Positions 44,732 to 55,618 of a stretch of 64,000 nucleotides of DNA are shown piece after piece. Source of the stretch: an uncultured Chloroflexia bacterium (GTDB taxonomy: Bacteria > Chloroflexota > Limnocylindria > Limnocylindrales > CSP1-4). Location: the NCBI GenBank assembly GCA_963832105.1, contig CAWHSS010000002.1, forward strand, positions 422,150 through 486,149, written 5' to 3'. Position 1 is the stretch's first letter. The number at the start of each line of letters is the position of its first letter. The notes under the pieces were generated by a model. That model searched no databases and was not told where the DNA came from. It worked only from the letters and a program-made list of their open reading frames with translations. The translations under genes and the position numbers were made by a program.

Positions 44732-46556
44732 ATGCAGAAACGCCTATTCGGGCTGCTTGCGAGCGCCGCGCTCGTCATGTCAGCCTGCGGCACGGCGGCG
44801 CCTTCGGCGTCGGCCCCACCCGCCTCAGCTCCGGGGTCCGCAGCCCCGCCCGCGTCCGAGCCGCCCCCGTCGCAGGTGACGGGCTTCACGGACGATCTGC
44901 TCTTCACGCCTGCCGCGTACACGCCTGAAGAGGGCAAGCCCGGCGGATCGATCGTCGTCTCCGACTGGCAGACGTACAGCATTCTCAACAAGTACTACAC
45001 GAGTTCGTTCAAGAACTCGCAGGTGATGGCCGCTACCTGGGCCCCGAACTGGGACATCAGCCCGGACGGCAAGTGGATCCCTGAGCTCGTCACGAGCGTT
45101 CCGAACCTGTCCAACGGCGGCGTCGCCATGGACTCGAGCGGAGCAGGCTTCACGATCACGCTCGAGTACAAGCCGGGGCTCCTCTGGAGCGACGGCAAGC
45201 CCCTCACGATGAACGACATGAAGTTCACCTGGGAATACATCATGGACGAGGAGCAGGTCGGCCTCGTCTCCGGCACCGTCGGCTGGGACCTGATCGACAA
45301 GTTCGACGTCTCCAGCGACGGCCTCACGGGCACGATCCACTTCAAGGAAGGCTACGCGGGCTACTACGGCCTGCTCGGCGACGGCCCGATGCCCAAGCAC
45401 TACATGGAGACGTTCTCGCCGGCCGAAGCTGCCGACAAGTCGTATCCGGTCGGCACGCCTGAGCTGGCGAACGCCCCGACCTCCGGCCCGTTCAAGTACG
45501 GTGCCGCATCGGCCGACACGCTCGAGCTGCTGCGCAACGACAACTACAAGACCGGCCCCCATGTCGCCTACCTCGACAAGCTGATCTTCAAGTTCTACAC
45601 CGACGCGAAGGACGCGATGATCGCGGCCTTCCTGGCCAAGGAAGTGGACGTCGCGACGGACCTGCTCCAGGGCGACTACGCGTCGATCCAGGGCGTCGAT
45701 CCGGCCTGGGGCCAGGCGCTCATCGGCCCGGCGTGGGAGTACGAGCACCTCGACCTCAACCAGCAGAACGAGGCGTTCAAGGACGCCAAGGTCCGCGAGG
45801 CCGTGGCCCGTGGTATCGACAAGGATGCGCTTTGGGACATCGTGTACCCAGGCGTGCCGAAGCCCGTCGCGGCCTGCGCCCCGACGCCTCCCGGCCTGTA
45901 CTGGCGAGCCGAAGACCTCACGTGCGCCGAGTACGACGTCGAGAAGGCCAAGGCCCTCCTTACCGAGGCCGGCTGGACTGACACCAACGGCGACGGAACC
46001 GTCGACAAGGGCGGCAAGGAGCTCGAGCTCCAGCACTGCAGCACCCCGGCTCCGTTCCGCGTCTCCGGCTGGCGACGTGATCGCCTCACAGCTCAAGGAG
46101 ATCGGCATCAAGGTCACCCCGACCTACGATGCGATCCTCTTCGAGGCCTGGAGCGGCACCACCCCCGAGACCCAGTGCAACATCTATCGAGGGACCTACG
46201 ACACGGCGGAGTTCGCCTACGTCCTGACCCTCGACATCTTCGGCGACTACTACTACTCGTATCACTCGAGCCAGGTCCCGACGGAAGAGAACGGCGGCGA
46301 GGGTGGCAACACCATGCGGCTGAACGATCCGACCATGGATGCTGCGCTCGACGAGCTGTACAAGACCGTCGATCCCGCCAAGATCTACGACATCGCGCAG
46401 GACGCTCCAGCAGATCTACGCTAGAGCAACTTCGAAGTCCCGCTCTACTATCGAGCCTCGGTTCGCGGACTCAGCAACCGAGTTGGCAACTTCGTGAAGA
46501 ACCCGTCAACGGCTTCCGACATGTGGAACACCGAGGACTGGTTCGTCAAGGAGTAA
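44732..46556 (+). CDS. oppA: Peptide ABC substrate-binding lipoprotein, frameshifted
   Basis: Lipobox MSAC, GLLWSDG, SGPFKY, VREAVARGID. Ends ...WNTEDWFVKE*. Confidence 0.9.
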
Positions 46557-46579
46557 CCTTTCACCGCAAGTAGTGAGAT

Positions 46580-46610
46580 GGGGGCGCGGCACCACCGGTG
46601 TCGCGCCCCC
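46580..46610 (+). terminator. Intercistronic hairpin after SBP
   Basis: GGGGGCGCGGCACC-acc-GGTGTCGCGCCCCC. No U-tract, so it may be an mRNA stabiliser. Confidence 0.55.
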
Positions 46611-46639
46611 GCTCAACCTAGAAAGCGCGGGACGGTGGA

Positions 46640-47753
46640 ATGGGCAAGTATTTCATCCGCCGACTCCTCGGCCTCATTCCGCTTTTCATAGCGGTCGTGG
46701 TCATCAGCTTCTTCCTCATGCAGTTCGCCCCGGGTGGACCGGAGCAGGCGATGAAGGAGAGCAAGAAGCTGACGAACGCCCAGATCGAGCGATGGCTCAA
46801 CGCCTGGTGCCTCGAGGGCGAAGACTCGATCGCTAGCCACCGCCAAGGAATTCGGCGGCTGGGCAGGGATCCTCAACTGCAACAACGACGGCTGGAACGC
46901 CTTCTTCTCGGAGCAGGGCGGCCTGAACTTCCTGCCGCGAACCCTCGGCGGCGGCGATAACGGCATCCTCCACGGCGACTTCGGCCGGAGCATTGCGAAC
47001 GGCCGCGAGGTGCTCGGAATCATCACCGAGCGGTTACCAGCGACGATCCTGCTGGCCGGCGCGGCCCTGTTCGTCTGGGTCAGCCTGGCCCTCGTGATCG
47101 GGGTGATCGCCGCCGTGCGCCAGTACGGCAAGTTCGACCAGGTGTCGACGTTCCTCGCCTACATCTTCTATTCGCTGCCGACCTTCTGGCTCGGCCTGAT
47201 GCTGATCTTCTTCTTCGCCGTGTTCCTCCACTGGTTCCCGACCAGCGGGATGGTGAACGCCCGGGAGTGGCCGCCGTTCGGCACGCCGGACTTCGGTGTG
47301 GCCGTCGGGAAGGACCCGCTTGGCGCGATCAAGGAGATCGGCTCGCACATGGTGCTGCCGCTGATCACACTCGTCGCGGTGAACATCGCCGGCGACAGCC
47401 GGTTCGTGCGAGCCTCCATGCTCGACGTCGCTGAACCAGGACTACGTCCGAACCGCGAAGGCGAAGGGCTGCCGCGCCGCGTCGCGTCTACGGCCGGCAT
47501 GCGCTCCGCAACGCCCTCCTGCCGGTCGTCACGAACGTCGGCCTCGAGCTCCCGTTCCTCGTCGCCGGGGCGATCGTGACCGAGACGATCTTCGTCTGGC
47601 CCGGGATGGGCTCGCTCTTCATCCAGTCGCTCAGGGAGAGCGACTACTTCGTGCTGATGGCGGTGATCATGATCACCTCGGCGATGATCCTGCTGGCAAA
47701 CCTGGTGGCGGATCTCGTCTACGGCGATCGTCGATCCGCGCATTCGGTACTGA
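46640..47753 (+). CDS. oppB: Peptide ABC permease, frameshifted
   Basis: MGKYFIRRLL, GDFGRS, RLPATI, SLPTFWLG, QDYVRTAKAKG, TETIFVWPGMG. Confidence 0.9.
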
Positions 47754-47757
47754 AGGT

Positions 47758-48724
47758 ATGGATCCGATCCAGGCAACGCACGTCGAAGGCATCACCCAGA
47801 CCGGCGGAGTCGTCGAGGCCGGCGGCCCGGCGACCGACTTCGAGGTCTCGCTCGAGTCGCTCAACCAGCGTCAGCTCGCCTGGCGGCGGTTCAAGCGCAA
47901 TCGGCTCGCGCTCGTCGGCTCCGCGATCTTCCTGTTCATGGTGGCCATCGCGATCCTCGGGCCCGTGCATGCTGCCGTACGACCGGCTGGACATCACGGC
48001 CGTCAAGAAGCCGGGCGGCAACCCGCCGTCGCTCGAGTCGATCAAGACGATCTTCGGCACCGACAACCTCGGTCGGAGCGTCCTCGTCCTGACGGCGAAC
48101 GGCGCCCGGCTGTCGATGCTGATCGGCGTCATGACGACGATCATCGCCGTGTCGATCGGCGTCACCATCGGCGGCATCGCCGGCTTCTTCGGTGGCTGGG
48201 CGGACGGCATTCTGATGCGAGTCGTCGACCTGGTCCTCGCGGTCCCGTTCCTGTTCATCGTCCTGGTCGCGGCCCGCTTCTTCGGCGGCGGCGACCCGAT
48301 CATCATCATCCTGATCTTCGGCCTGCTCGCCTGGCCGGGCCTTGCCCGACTCGTGCGGGCGATGTTCCTCTCGCTGCGCGAACAGGACTTCGTGCTCGCG
48401 GCCCGCGCGGTGGGCGTGAGCAACAGCCGGATCATCTTCAAGCACATGCTGCCGAACGCGATCGGGCCGATCGTCGTGTCCGCCTCGCTGCTCGTCGCCG
48501 GCACGATCGTCCTCGAGGCGTTCGTGAGCTTCCTGAACTTCGGCGTGCGGGCGACCGACGTCAGCTGGGGGAACGCCCTCTCGAACTCGCAGGGCACGCT
48601 CGTCCAGGGCAACTGGTGGTGGGCGTTCTTCCCGGGCATGGCGATCGCCCTGACCGTCATCGCGATCAACTTCATGGGAGACGGCCTGCGCGACGCCCTC
48701 GACCCGTACAGTCGCGGGCGGTGA
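47758..48724 (+). CDS. oppC: Peptide ABC permease, frameshifted
   Basis: [39 protein letters not shown]. Confidence 0.9.
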
Positions 48725-48728
48725 ACGC

Positions 48729-49811
48729 GTGACCGATACGATCGCGCGGCCGGCGACGCGCGGGCCGCGGGCTCATCCGGAGCCCTTGCTCGACGTACGC
48801 GACCTGCAGGTCCACTTCCACGTCATGGACGGGACGGTCAAGGCCGTCGACGGCGTGAGCTTCTCGATCAACCCAGGCGAGACGCTCGGCATCGTCGGGC
48901 GAATCGGGCTGCGGCAAGAGCGTCACCGCGCTGACGATCATGCGCCTGCTCTCGATCGCCGCCGGCCGAGATCGTCGAGGGCAGCGAGGTCATCTTCCAG
49001 GGCCGCAACCTGCTGGAGCTCGACGACGAGTCGATGCGCAAGGTCCGTGGCAACGACATCGCGATGGTCTTCCAGGAGCCGATGACGAGCCTGAACCCGG
49101 TCCTCACGATCGGCGACCAGATCGCCGAGGCAGTCCAGCTCCACCTGGCGTTTTCGAAGAAGGAAGCCTGGAACAAGGCGATCGAGTCAATCCGCCAGGT
49201 CGGGATCAACAACCCGGAGCGGCGGGTCAAGCAGTACCCCCACGAGATGTCGGGCGGGATGCGCCAACGGGTGATGATCGCGATGGCGCTTTCCTGCGAT
49301 CCGGACCTCATCATCGCCGACGAGCCGACGACCGCCCTCGACGTGACGATCCAGGCCCAGATCCTCGACCTCATCCGGAAGGTCCAGGACGAGACCGGGG
49401 CGGCGCTCATGCTGATCACCCACGACCTGGGCGTCGTCGCCGAGACGGTCCACGACATCGTCGTCATGTACGCGGGCCGCGTCGTCGAGCGCGGCACGGT
49501 CGACGAGGTCCTGCTCGCCCCGAAGCACCCCTACACCGAGGGGCTCCTCGAGTCCACTCCCTCGCAAGGGCAAGCGGGGCCAGCGTCTGAACGTGATCAA
49601 GGGCACGGTCGCCAATCCCTTCAACCTGTCGCCGGGCTGCAACTTCACGCCGCGCTGCCCGTACGCCTTCGAGCCGTGCCCCGTCCACGACCCGCGGATC
49701 GAGGATGCCAACCCGCCGGACGTCGCGTGCTGGCTCTACAGCCGGGCGCCGGGCCAGCCGCCGCCGCCGCGCCAGCGCCCCGTCGTGCCGCCGCTCGAAG
49801 CAAACCGATAA
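48729..49811 (+). CDS. oppD: Peptide ABC ATPase, frameshifted
   Basis: [15 protein letters not shown] after indel correction, [19 protein letters not shown]-terminal Cys motif. Confidence 0.9.
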
Positions 49812-51109
49812 TGGTCGATCAGGCTACGAGCTCGGAGCTGGCGGCGGCGACCGCGCCGCCGCCCGAGTCCGAGGAACCGATCGTCGTCGTCGAGAACCTC
49901 GTCAAGTACTACCCGATCTACGGCGGCATCCTGCGCCGCAAGATCGGCGACGTGAAGGCCGTCGACGGCGTCAGCTTCGAGATCAAGCGGGGCGAGGTCT
50001 TCGGGCTCGTCGGTGAATCGGGCTGCGGCAAGTCGACCCTCGGTCGAACCCTCGTCCGGCTGATCCCCGCCACCTCCGGAACGGCAACGCTCAACGGCGA
50101 GGACATCTTCAGCCGGAAGGGCGACGACCTGAAGAAGTTCCGGCGCCAGATGCAGATCATCTTCCAGGATCCCGTCGGCTCGCTGAATCCGCGGATGCCG
50201 GTCAGCGAGATCATCGGCGAGGGTCTCCTCGCCCAGGCCGACAAGGAAAACGGCTGGGGCAACCGCAAGGTCCGCGACAAGCGGGTCGGCGACTATCTCG
50301 ACGCGGTGGGGCTGCGGCGCGACTACGCCCGGCGCTACCCGCACGAGTTCTCGGGCGGCCAGCGGCAGCGGATCGGGATTGCCCGGGCCCTCGCCCTCGC
50401 GCCGCAGATCGTGATCTGCGATGAGCCGGTCTCCGCGCTCGATGTCTCGATCCAGTCGCAGATCCTCAACCTGCTCCTCGACCTGCGGGCCGAGTTCGAC
50501 CTCACGTACCTCTTCGTCGCCCACAACCTGTCGGTGATCCAGTACATCAGCGACCGGGTCGGGGTCATGTACCTCGGGACGATGGTCGAGGTCGCCGGCG
50601 TCGAGGAGATCTACTCGAATCCCCGCCATCCGTACACGATCGCCCTGCTGTCGGCCGTCCCCGAGCCGAACCCGCGGATCCGCAAGCGGCGGATCGTCCT
50701 CAAGGGCGACGTCCCGAGCCCGGCCGCGCCGCCGTCCGGTTGCCGCTTCCACACGCGCTGCTGGCTGCGCGAGCAGCTCGGCCGCCCCGAGGCGTGCGAG
50801 ACGACCTTCCCGGAGCTGCGGGTGATCGCGGGCGGTCACCGCGTCGCGTGTCACTTCGCGGAGACGGTGACCCCGGAGGCCGCGGCTGAGGCGGCCCACG
50901 TCGTCGTCCCCGTCGCGCTCGCCGTGGAGGGCGTTGCCGCCGATGCGCCGCTCGCGGCGATCGCCGGAGCCGAAGTCGCGGAGACCGAGAGCGACATCGC
51001 CGAGACGGCCGCCGCGGCAAGCTCGGCGACCGTCCGTGACAGTCTCACCGGCGATGACGACTCGGGCGCCGCTTCGGGTCGGCCGCCGGCCGACGACCTG
51101 CCGAACTAG
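49811..51109 (+). CDS. oppF: Peptide ABC ATPase
   Basis: TAATG coupling, [24 protein letters not shown]. Confidence 0.92.
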   Translation: MVDQATSSELAAATAPPPESEEPIVVVENLVKYYPIYGGILRRKIGDVKAVDGVSFEIKRGEVFGLVGESGCGKSTLGRTLVRLIPATSGTATLNGEDIFSRKGDDLKKFRRQMQIIFQDPVGSLNPRMPVSEIIGEGLLAQADKENGWGNRKVRDKRVGDYLDAVGLRRDYARRYPHEFSGGQRQRIGIARALALAPQIVICDEPVSALDVSIQSQILNLLLDLRAEFDLTYLFVAHNLSVIQYISDRVGVMYLGTMVEVAGVEEIYSNPRHPYTIALLSAVPEPNPRIRKRRIVLKGDVPSPAAPPSGCRFHTRCWLREQLGRPEACETTFPELRVIAGGHRVACHFAETVTPEAAAEAAHVVVPVALAVEGVAADAPLAAIAGAEVAETESDIAETAAAASSATVRDSLTGDDDSGAASGRPPADDLPN

Positions 51110-52245
51110 GACCCGGCGGCCGGCGTCACCCCGGCCGGCGACGTCGCGGTCGCACGTTGAGCCGCTTCGATCGCTGGCCGCGTGCCCGCCTCGGCGCCCG
51201 CGCCCCGGAAGTGACAGGCCGCAAAGTGGTCGGGCCCGAGCTCCAGCAGCGGCGGCTCGTCGGTCACGCAGATCTGGGGCCCGCCCAGCTCCGCCCGGAG
51301 CTGGCAGCGCGGATTGAAATGGCAGCCCGACGGCGGGTTGACCGGCGAGGGGACATCGCCCCGCAGGATGACCCGCTGGCGCCGCAGCTCCGGATCGGGA
51401 ACCGGGATGGCCGACATGAGCGCCTGGGTGTACGGGTGCTCGGGTGAGCGGAACATCGCGCGTCGATCGGCGAGCTCAGCGATCTTGCCGAGGTACATGA
51501 CCGCGACGCGGTTGCTGATGTGCTCGACGACGCCCATGTTGTGGGCGATGAACAGGTAGGTCAGCCCGAGCTCGCGCTGGAGCGACTTCAACTCGTTGAG
51601 GACCTGGGCCTGGATCGACACGTCGAGGGCTGAAACCGGCTCATCGCAGACGACCAGGTCGGGCTCGAGCACGAGCGCCCGGGCGATCCCGATCCGCTGC
51701 CGCTGGCCGCCGGAGAACTCGTGCGGGTAGCGCCGGGCGTGGTACGGCGCCAGGCCGACCATGTCCATCATCTTCGTGACCTTGGCCCGCCGTTCCTTCG
51801 ACGAGCCGAGGCCGTGGATCCGGAGCCCCTCGCCGATGCTGTCGCCGATCGGCGTTCGCGGGTCGAGCGACGCGAACGGGTCCTGGAAGATGATCTGCAT
51901 CCGCCGCCGGTACGGCTTCAGGTCCGAGCCGCTCAGCCCGGCGATGTCCGTTCCGTCGAAGCGGATCTGGCCGGACGTCGGCTCGATGAGGCGGAGCAGG
52001 AGCCGGCCGACGGTCGTCTTGCCGCAGCCCGACTCCCCGACGAGGCCGAGGGTCTCGCCGCGGCGGATCTCGAAGCTGACGCCGTCGACCGCCTGGACGA
52101 GCCCGACGGTCCGCTGGAGGACGCCGCCCTTGACCGGGAAGTGCTTGACGAGGTCGCGGACGACGACGAGCGGCTCGGCGTCCGGCCCGGGCGCGGGCAC
52201 GGGCGCCGGAGCGGGCGCCGTCATCTGATTGGGCAGGGCGCTCAC
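51106..52245 (-). CDS. Dipeptide/oligopeptide ABC ATPase (OppF/DppF type)
   Basis: [24 protein letters not shown]. Confidence 0.92.
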   Translation of the reverse strand: MSALPNQMTAPAPAPVPAPGPDAEPLVVVRDLVKHFPVKGGVLQRTVGLVQAVDGVSFEIRRGETLGLVGESGCGKTTVGRLLLRLIEPTSGQIRFDGTDIAGLSGSDLKPYRRRMQIIFQDPFASLDPRTPIGDSIGEGLRIHGLGSSKERRAKVTKMMDMVGLAPYHARRYPHEFSGGQRQRIGIARALVLEPDLVVCDEPVSALDVSIQAQVLNELKSLQRELGLTYLFIAHNMGVVEHISNRVAVMYLGKIAELADRRAMFRSPEHPYTQALMSAIPVPDPELRRQRVILRGDVPSPVNPPSGCHFNPRCQLRAELGGPQICVTDEPPLLELGPDHFAACHFRGAGAEAGTRPAIEAAQRATATSPAGVTPAAGS

Positions 52246-53432
52246 GTGCCGGCCCCGACGCCGGGCGCCGCCTCGGTCCGCGGGATCCAGCCCGGCGGGC
52301 GGGGGATCGGCCGGCCGTTGAGGTCGTGGTAGAGGAAGCAGCGGACCTCGTGGCCCGGGGCGAGGGGATGCAGCCCGGGGTGGACGTCGAGGGCCAGCGA
52401 GTTCTCCTCGATCACGCGCGACGCGCAGCGCGGCGCGAACCGGCAGCCCTTCGGCAGGTCGATGAGGTTGGGGACGTTGCCGGGGATCACGGACAGCTCC
52501 TCGCGCTCGATGCCGACGACCGGCAGCGAACCGATGAGGCCGCGGGTGTACGGGTGACGAGGCGAGCGGAACAGCGTCGTCACGTCGGCGTGCTCGACGA
52601 TCTCGCCGGCGTACATGACCGCCACCCGGTCGCACATCTCGGCGACGACGCCGAGGTCGTGGGTGATGAGGATGATCGCGGTCCCGGTCTCCTCGCGCAG
52701 GTTCCGCATCAGGTCGAGGATCTGGGCCTGGATCGTGACGTCGAGGGCGGTCGTCGGCTCATCGGCGATGAGGAGCTCCGGCTCGCAGGCGAGGGCCATC
52801 GCGATCATCACCCGCTGGGCCATGCCGCCCGACATCTCGTGCGGGAAGTTCTTGAGCCGCCGCTCCGGGTCCGGGATGCCGACCATCTTGAGCAGCTCGG
52901 CCGCGCGGGCGCGGGCCGCTCCACGCCTCATCCCGCGGTGGAGCTCGAGGACCTCGGCGATCTGGCGACCGACGTCCCAGACCGGATTGAGCGACGAGGT
53001 CGGCTGCTGGAAGATCATGCTGATCCGCTCGCCGCGGACCTTGCGCATCTCCTCTGGCCGGAGCTTGAGCAGGTCCTGGCCGTCGAACATGACCTCGCCG
53101 GCCTCGATACGGCCGGGCCGCGCGACGAGCTGCATGATCGAGAGCGAGGTCACGCTCTTGCCGCAGCCCGACTCGCCGACGAGGCCCATGATCTCGCCCC
53201 GATCGACGTAGAAGTTGATGCCGTCGACGGCCCGGACCACGCCGTCGCGGGTGTGGAACGACGTCCGCAGGTCGCGGACCTCGAGCAGCGGCCGCTCGCC
53301 CCGCTCGCGCTTCGGTTTGCGCGCCGAGGCCGGAACGAGCTCCTCGACGACGGTCTCGGCCAGGCTCGGCCCGAGGCTGCTCGGAAGCGTCTCGGTCGTC
53401 GAGGGGGTGTCGGTCGTGGTCGGGTCGGTCAT
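52242..53432 (-). CDS. Dipeptide/oligopeptide ABC ATPase (OppD/DppD type)
   Basis: [24 protein letters not shown]. Confidence 0.93.
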   Translation of the reverse strand: MTDPTTTDTPSTTETLPSSLGPSLAETVVEELVPASARKPKRERGERPLLEVRDLRTSFHTRDGVVRAVDGINFYVDRGEIMGLVGESGCGKSVTSLSIMQLVARPGRIEAGEVMFDGQDLLKLRPEEMRKVRGERISMIFQQPTSSLNPVWDVGRQIAEVLELHRGMRRGAARARAAELLKMVGIPDPERRLKNFPHEMSGGMAQRVMIAMALACEPELLIADEPTTALDVTIQAQILDLMRNLREETGTAIILITHDLGVVAEMCDRVAVMYAGEIVEHADVTTLFRSPRHPYTRGLIGSLPVVGIEREELSVIPGNVPNLIDLPKGCRFAPRCASRVIEENSLALDVHPGLHPLAPGHEVRCFLYHDLNGRPIPRPPGWIPRTEAAPGVGAGT

Positions 53433-53442
53433 CGTCCGGCCG

Positions 53443-54390
53443 TCAGCGGTTCAGGCGCGGGTCGAGCGCATCGCGCAGGCCGTCGCCGAGGAGGTTGAAC
53501 GCGAGGACGGTCAGCGCCAGGGCGACGCCCGGGAAGATGACGAGATGCGGAGCGGCGAACATCGAGTTCCGGGCCTGGCCGATCATCGAGCCCCACTCGG
53601 CCGTGGGCGGCTGGGCGCCCAGGCCCAGGAATGACAGGGCAGCGACGTCGATCACGGCGCCGGCGATGCCGAGCGTGCCCTGGACGATCAGCGGGGTCAG
53701 CGCGTTTGGCAGGATCCGCCGGATGAGGATGCCGCCGCCCGACTCGCCGAGCGCGTGCGATGCCGTGACGTAGTCGCGCTCCTTGATCGACAGGACCGAC
53801 GCTCGCATGATCCGGGCGTAGATCGGAATCGCGACGATCCCGATCGCCAGCTGGGCGTTGATGAGGGTCGTTCCGAGGACGGTGACGATCGCGATCGCCA
53901 GGAGCAGGCTCGGGAAGGCCAGGATCACGTCCATCAGCCGCATCAGGATGTTGTCCGTCTTGCCGCCCGCGTAGCCCGATACGGCGCCGATCAGCGTCCC
54001 GATGACGATCGCGAAACCGACGGTCAGGAACCCGATCTGGAGCGAGATGCGCGTCCCGTGCACGACGCGGCTGAAGACATCGCGGACGTTCTGATCGATC
54101 CCGAAGAAGTGCTCCGGCTGCGCGGCGGGGCAGCCGAGGGCATGGATGCACGGCCCGGCGAGCTTCTTCGCGCCCTCCTCCTGGCCGAGCAGGACCGCCA
54201 CCGGATCGAACGGCGCGATCTGGTCGGCGAAGATCGCGACGAGGATGAAGAAGAGCAGGATCGTCAGCCCGACGACGGCGTTTCGCTGGCGGAGGATGTT
54301 GCCGAGCGTGTCGCGCCAGAGCGAGGTGCGGCCCTCGCCGCCCATCTGTCCGGCGAGGACCTCCGGGATCGGAGGCGCGGTGGCAGCCAT
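53443..54390 (-). CDS. Dipeptide/oligopeptide ABC permease (DppC type)
   Basis: [27 protein letters not shown]. Confidence 0.93.
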   Translation of the reverse strand: MAATAPPIPEVLAGQMGGEGRTSLWRDTLGNILRQRNAVVGLTILLFFILVAIFADQIAPFDPVAVLLGQEEGAKKLAGPCIHALGCPAAQPEHFFGIDQNVRDVFSRVVHGTRISLQIGFLTVGFAIVIGTLIGAVSGYAGGKTDNILMRLMDVILAFPSLLLAIAIVTVLGTTLINAQLAIGIVAIPIYARIMRASVLSIKERDYVTASHALGESGGGILIRRILPNALTPLIVQGTLGIAGAVIDVAALSFLGLGAQPPTAEWGSMIGQARNSMFAAPHLVIFPGVALALTVLAFNLLGDGLRDALDPRLNR

Positions 54391-55535
54391 CAGCTCAACC
54401 GGACCCGCGGGTCGAGGTAGGCATACGAGATGTCGACGATCAGGTTGACGATGACGAAGCCGATCGCGATCACCAGCGTGAATCCCTGGATGACGGCGTA
54501 ATCGCGCGAACCGATCGCCTCGGTCACCGCCCGGCCGACGCCCGCGAGGTTGAACACCGTCTCGGTCAGGACGGCCCCACCGAACAGGCCACCGAGCTGG
54601 AGGCCGATGACGGTCACGACCGGCAGCAGTGCGTTCCGGAAGCCGTGGCGCATCACGACGCTTCGGTCGCGGAGGCCCTTCGCCCGGGCCGTCCGGATGT
54701 AGTCGAGGCCGAGCTCATCGAGCAGGCTCGAGCGCGTCATCCGGGCGATGATCGCGAGCGGGATCGTCCCGAGCGCGAGGGCCGGCAGGATCATGTGCCT
54801 GAACGTGTCGCCGAGCAGGCCGAGGTTGAACGTCACGATCGCGTTGAACGTGTAGATGTTCGACAGGAAATCGAGGAGCAGTCGGAGCGGACCGCCCAGA
54901 CCCTCGAGGCCCCAGGCCTCGGCCAACGGCGTCACCGACACGCCGGCCGTCAGGCGGCCCGACGGCGGCAGCGCGAACGGCGTGTCCTTGAACGTCACCG
55001 CGAACAGGAACGCCAGCACGAGGCCGAGGACGAAGACCGGCGTCGAGACGCCGAGGTTGGCGAACATCATCGTGGCGACGTCGACGATCGAGTTCCGCCG
55101 GTAGGCGGAGATGATGCCGAGGGGAATGCCGACGAGGATCGCGAACAGCAGCGCGTAGAGCGCGAGCTCGACGGTCGCCGGGAGACGTTGCAGCAGGAGG
55201 TCCGTGACCGGCAGGCCGAACTTCGACGAGACGCCGAAGTCGCCCTGGATGACCGACCCGACGTACAGGAGGAACTGATTGTCGGTCAGGGTGGCCGGGA
55301 TCTCACCGATCCGAAGCTCGATGTCCCCCTGGACCCGGAAGAAGCCGGGGATGATCGCCTTGTCGAGGCCATGGGCCGCGCTGTACGCGGCGCACGACCG
55401 CTCGTTGGCCCGCTCGCCGAGGGCGGCGACGCACGGGTCGCCCGGGATGATCCGGGCGAGGGCGAAGACGACGAAAACGATCCCGATCAGGACCGGGATG
55501 CTGAGCAGGAGCCGCCGGATGAGGAAACGCGTCAT
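54390..55535 (-). CDS. Dipeptide/oligopeptide ABC permease (DppB type)
   Basis: IPGDP, RLPATVEL, DYIRTARAKGL, YLDPRV. Confidence 0.93.
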   Translation of the reverse strand: MTRFLIRRLLLSIPVLIGIVFVVFALARIIPGDPCVAALGERANERSCAAYSAAHGLDKAIIPGFFRVQGDIELRIGEIPATLTDNQFLLYVGSVIQGDFGVSSKFGLPVTDLLLQRLPATVELALYALLFAILVGIPLGIISAYRRNSIVDVATMMFANLGVSTPVFVLGLVLAFLFAVTFKDTPFALPPSGRLTAGVSVTPLAEAWGLEGLGGPLRLLLDFLSNIYTFNAIVTFNLGLLGDTFRHMILPALALGTIPLAIIARMTRSSLLDELGLDYIRTARAKGLRDRSVVMRHGFRNALLPVVTVIGLQLGGLFGGAVLTETVFNLAGVGRAVTEAIGSRDYAVIQGFTLVIAIGFVIVNLIVDISYAYLDPRVRLS

Positions 55536-55570
55536 CGACTCAGTCGATCCTCAGACGGTCCGGATGGATT

Positions 55571-55601
55571 GAAGGGGCGTCACCCATTGTGACGCCCCTT
55601 C
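55571..55601 (-). terminator. Perfect intercistronic hairpin after SBP
   Basis: GAAGGGGCGTCAC-ccatt-GTGACGCCCCTTC. Confidence 0.6.
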
Positions 55602-55618
55602 GTTGCGTTCGGCCTGGA

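Noticed and set aside
49034-51109. Fused OppD-OppF
   Set aside because: The OppD C-terminus is in another frame ending at the TAATG overlap (49809-49813).
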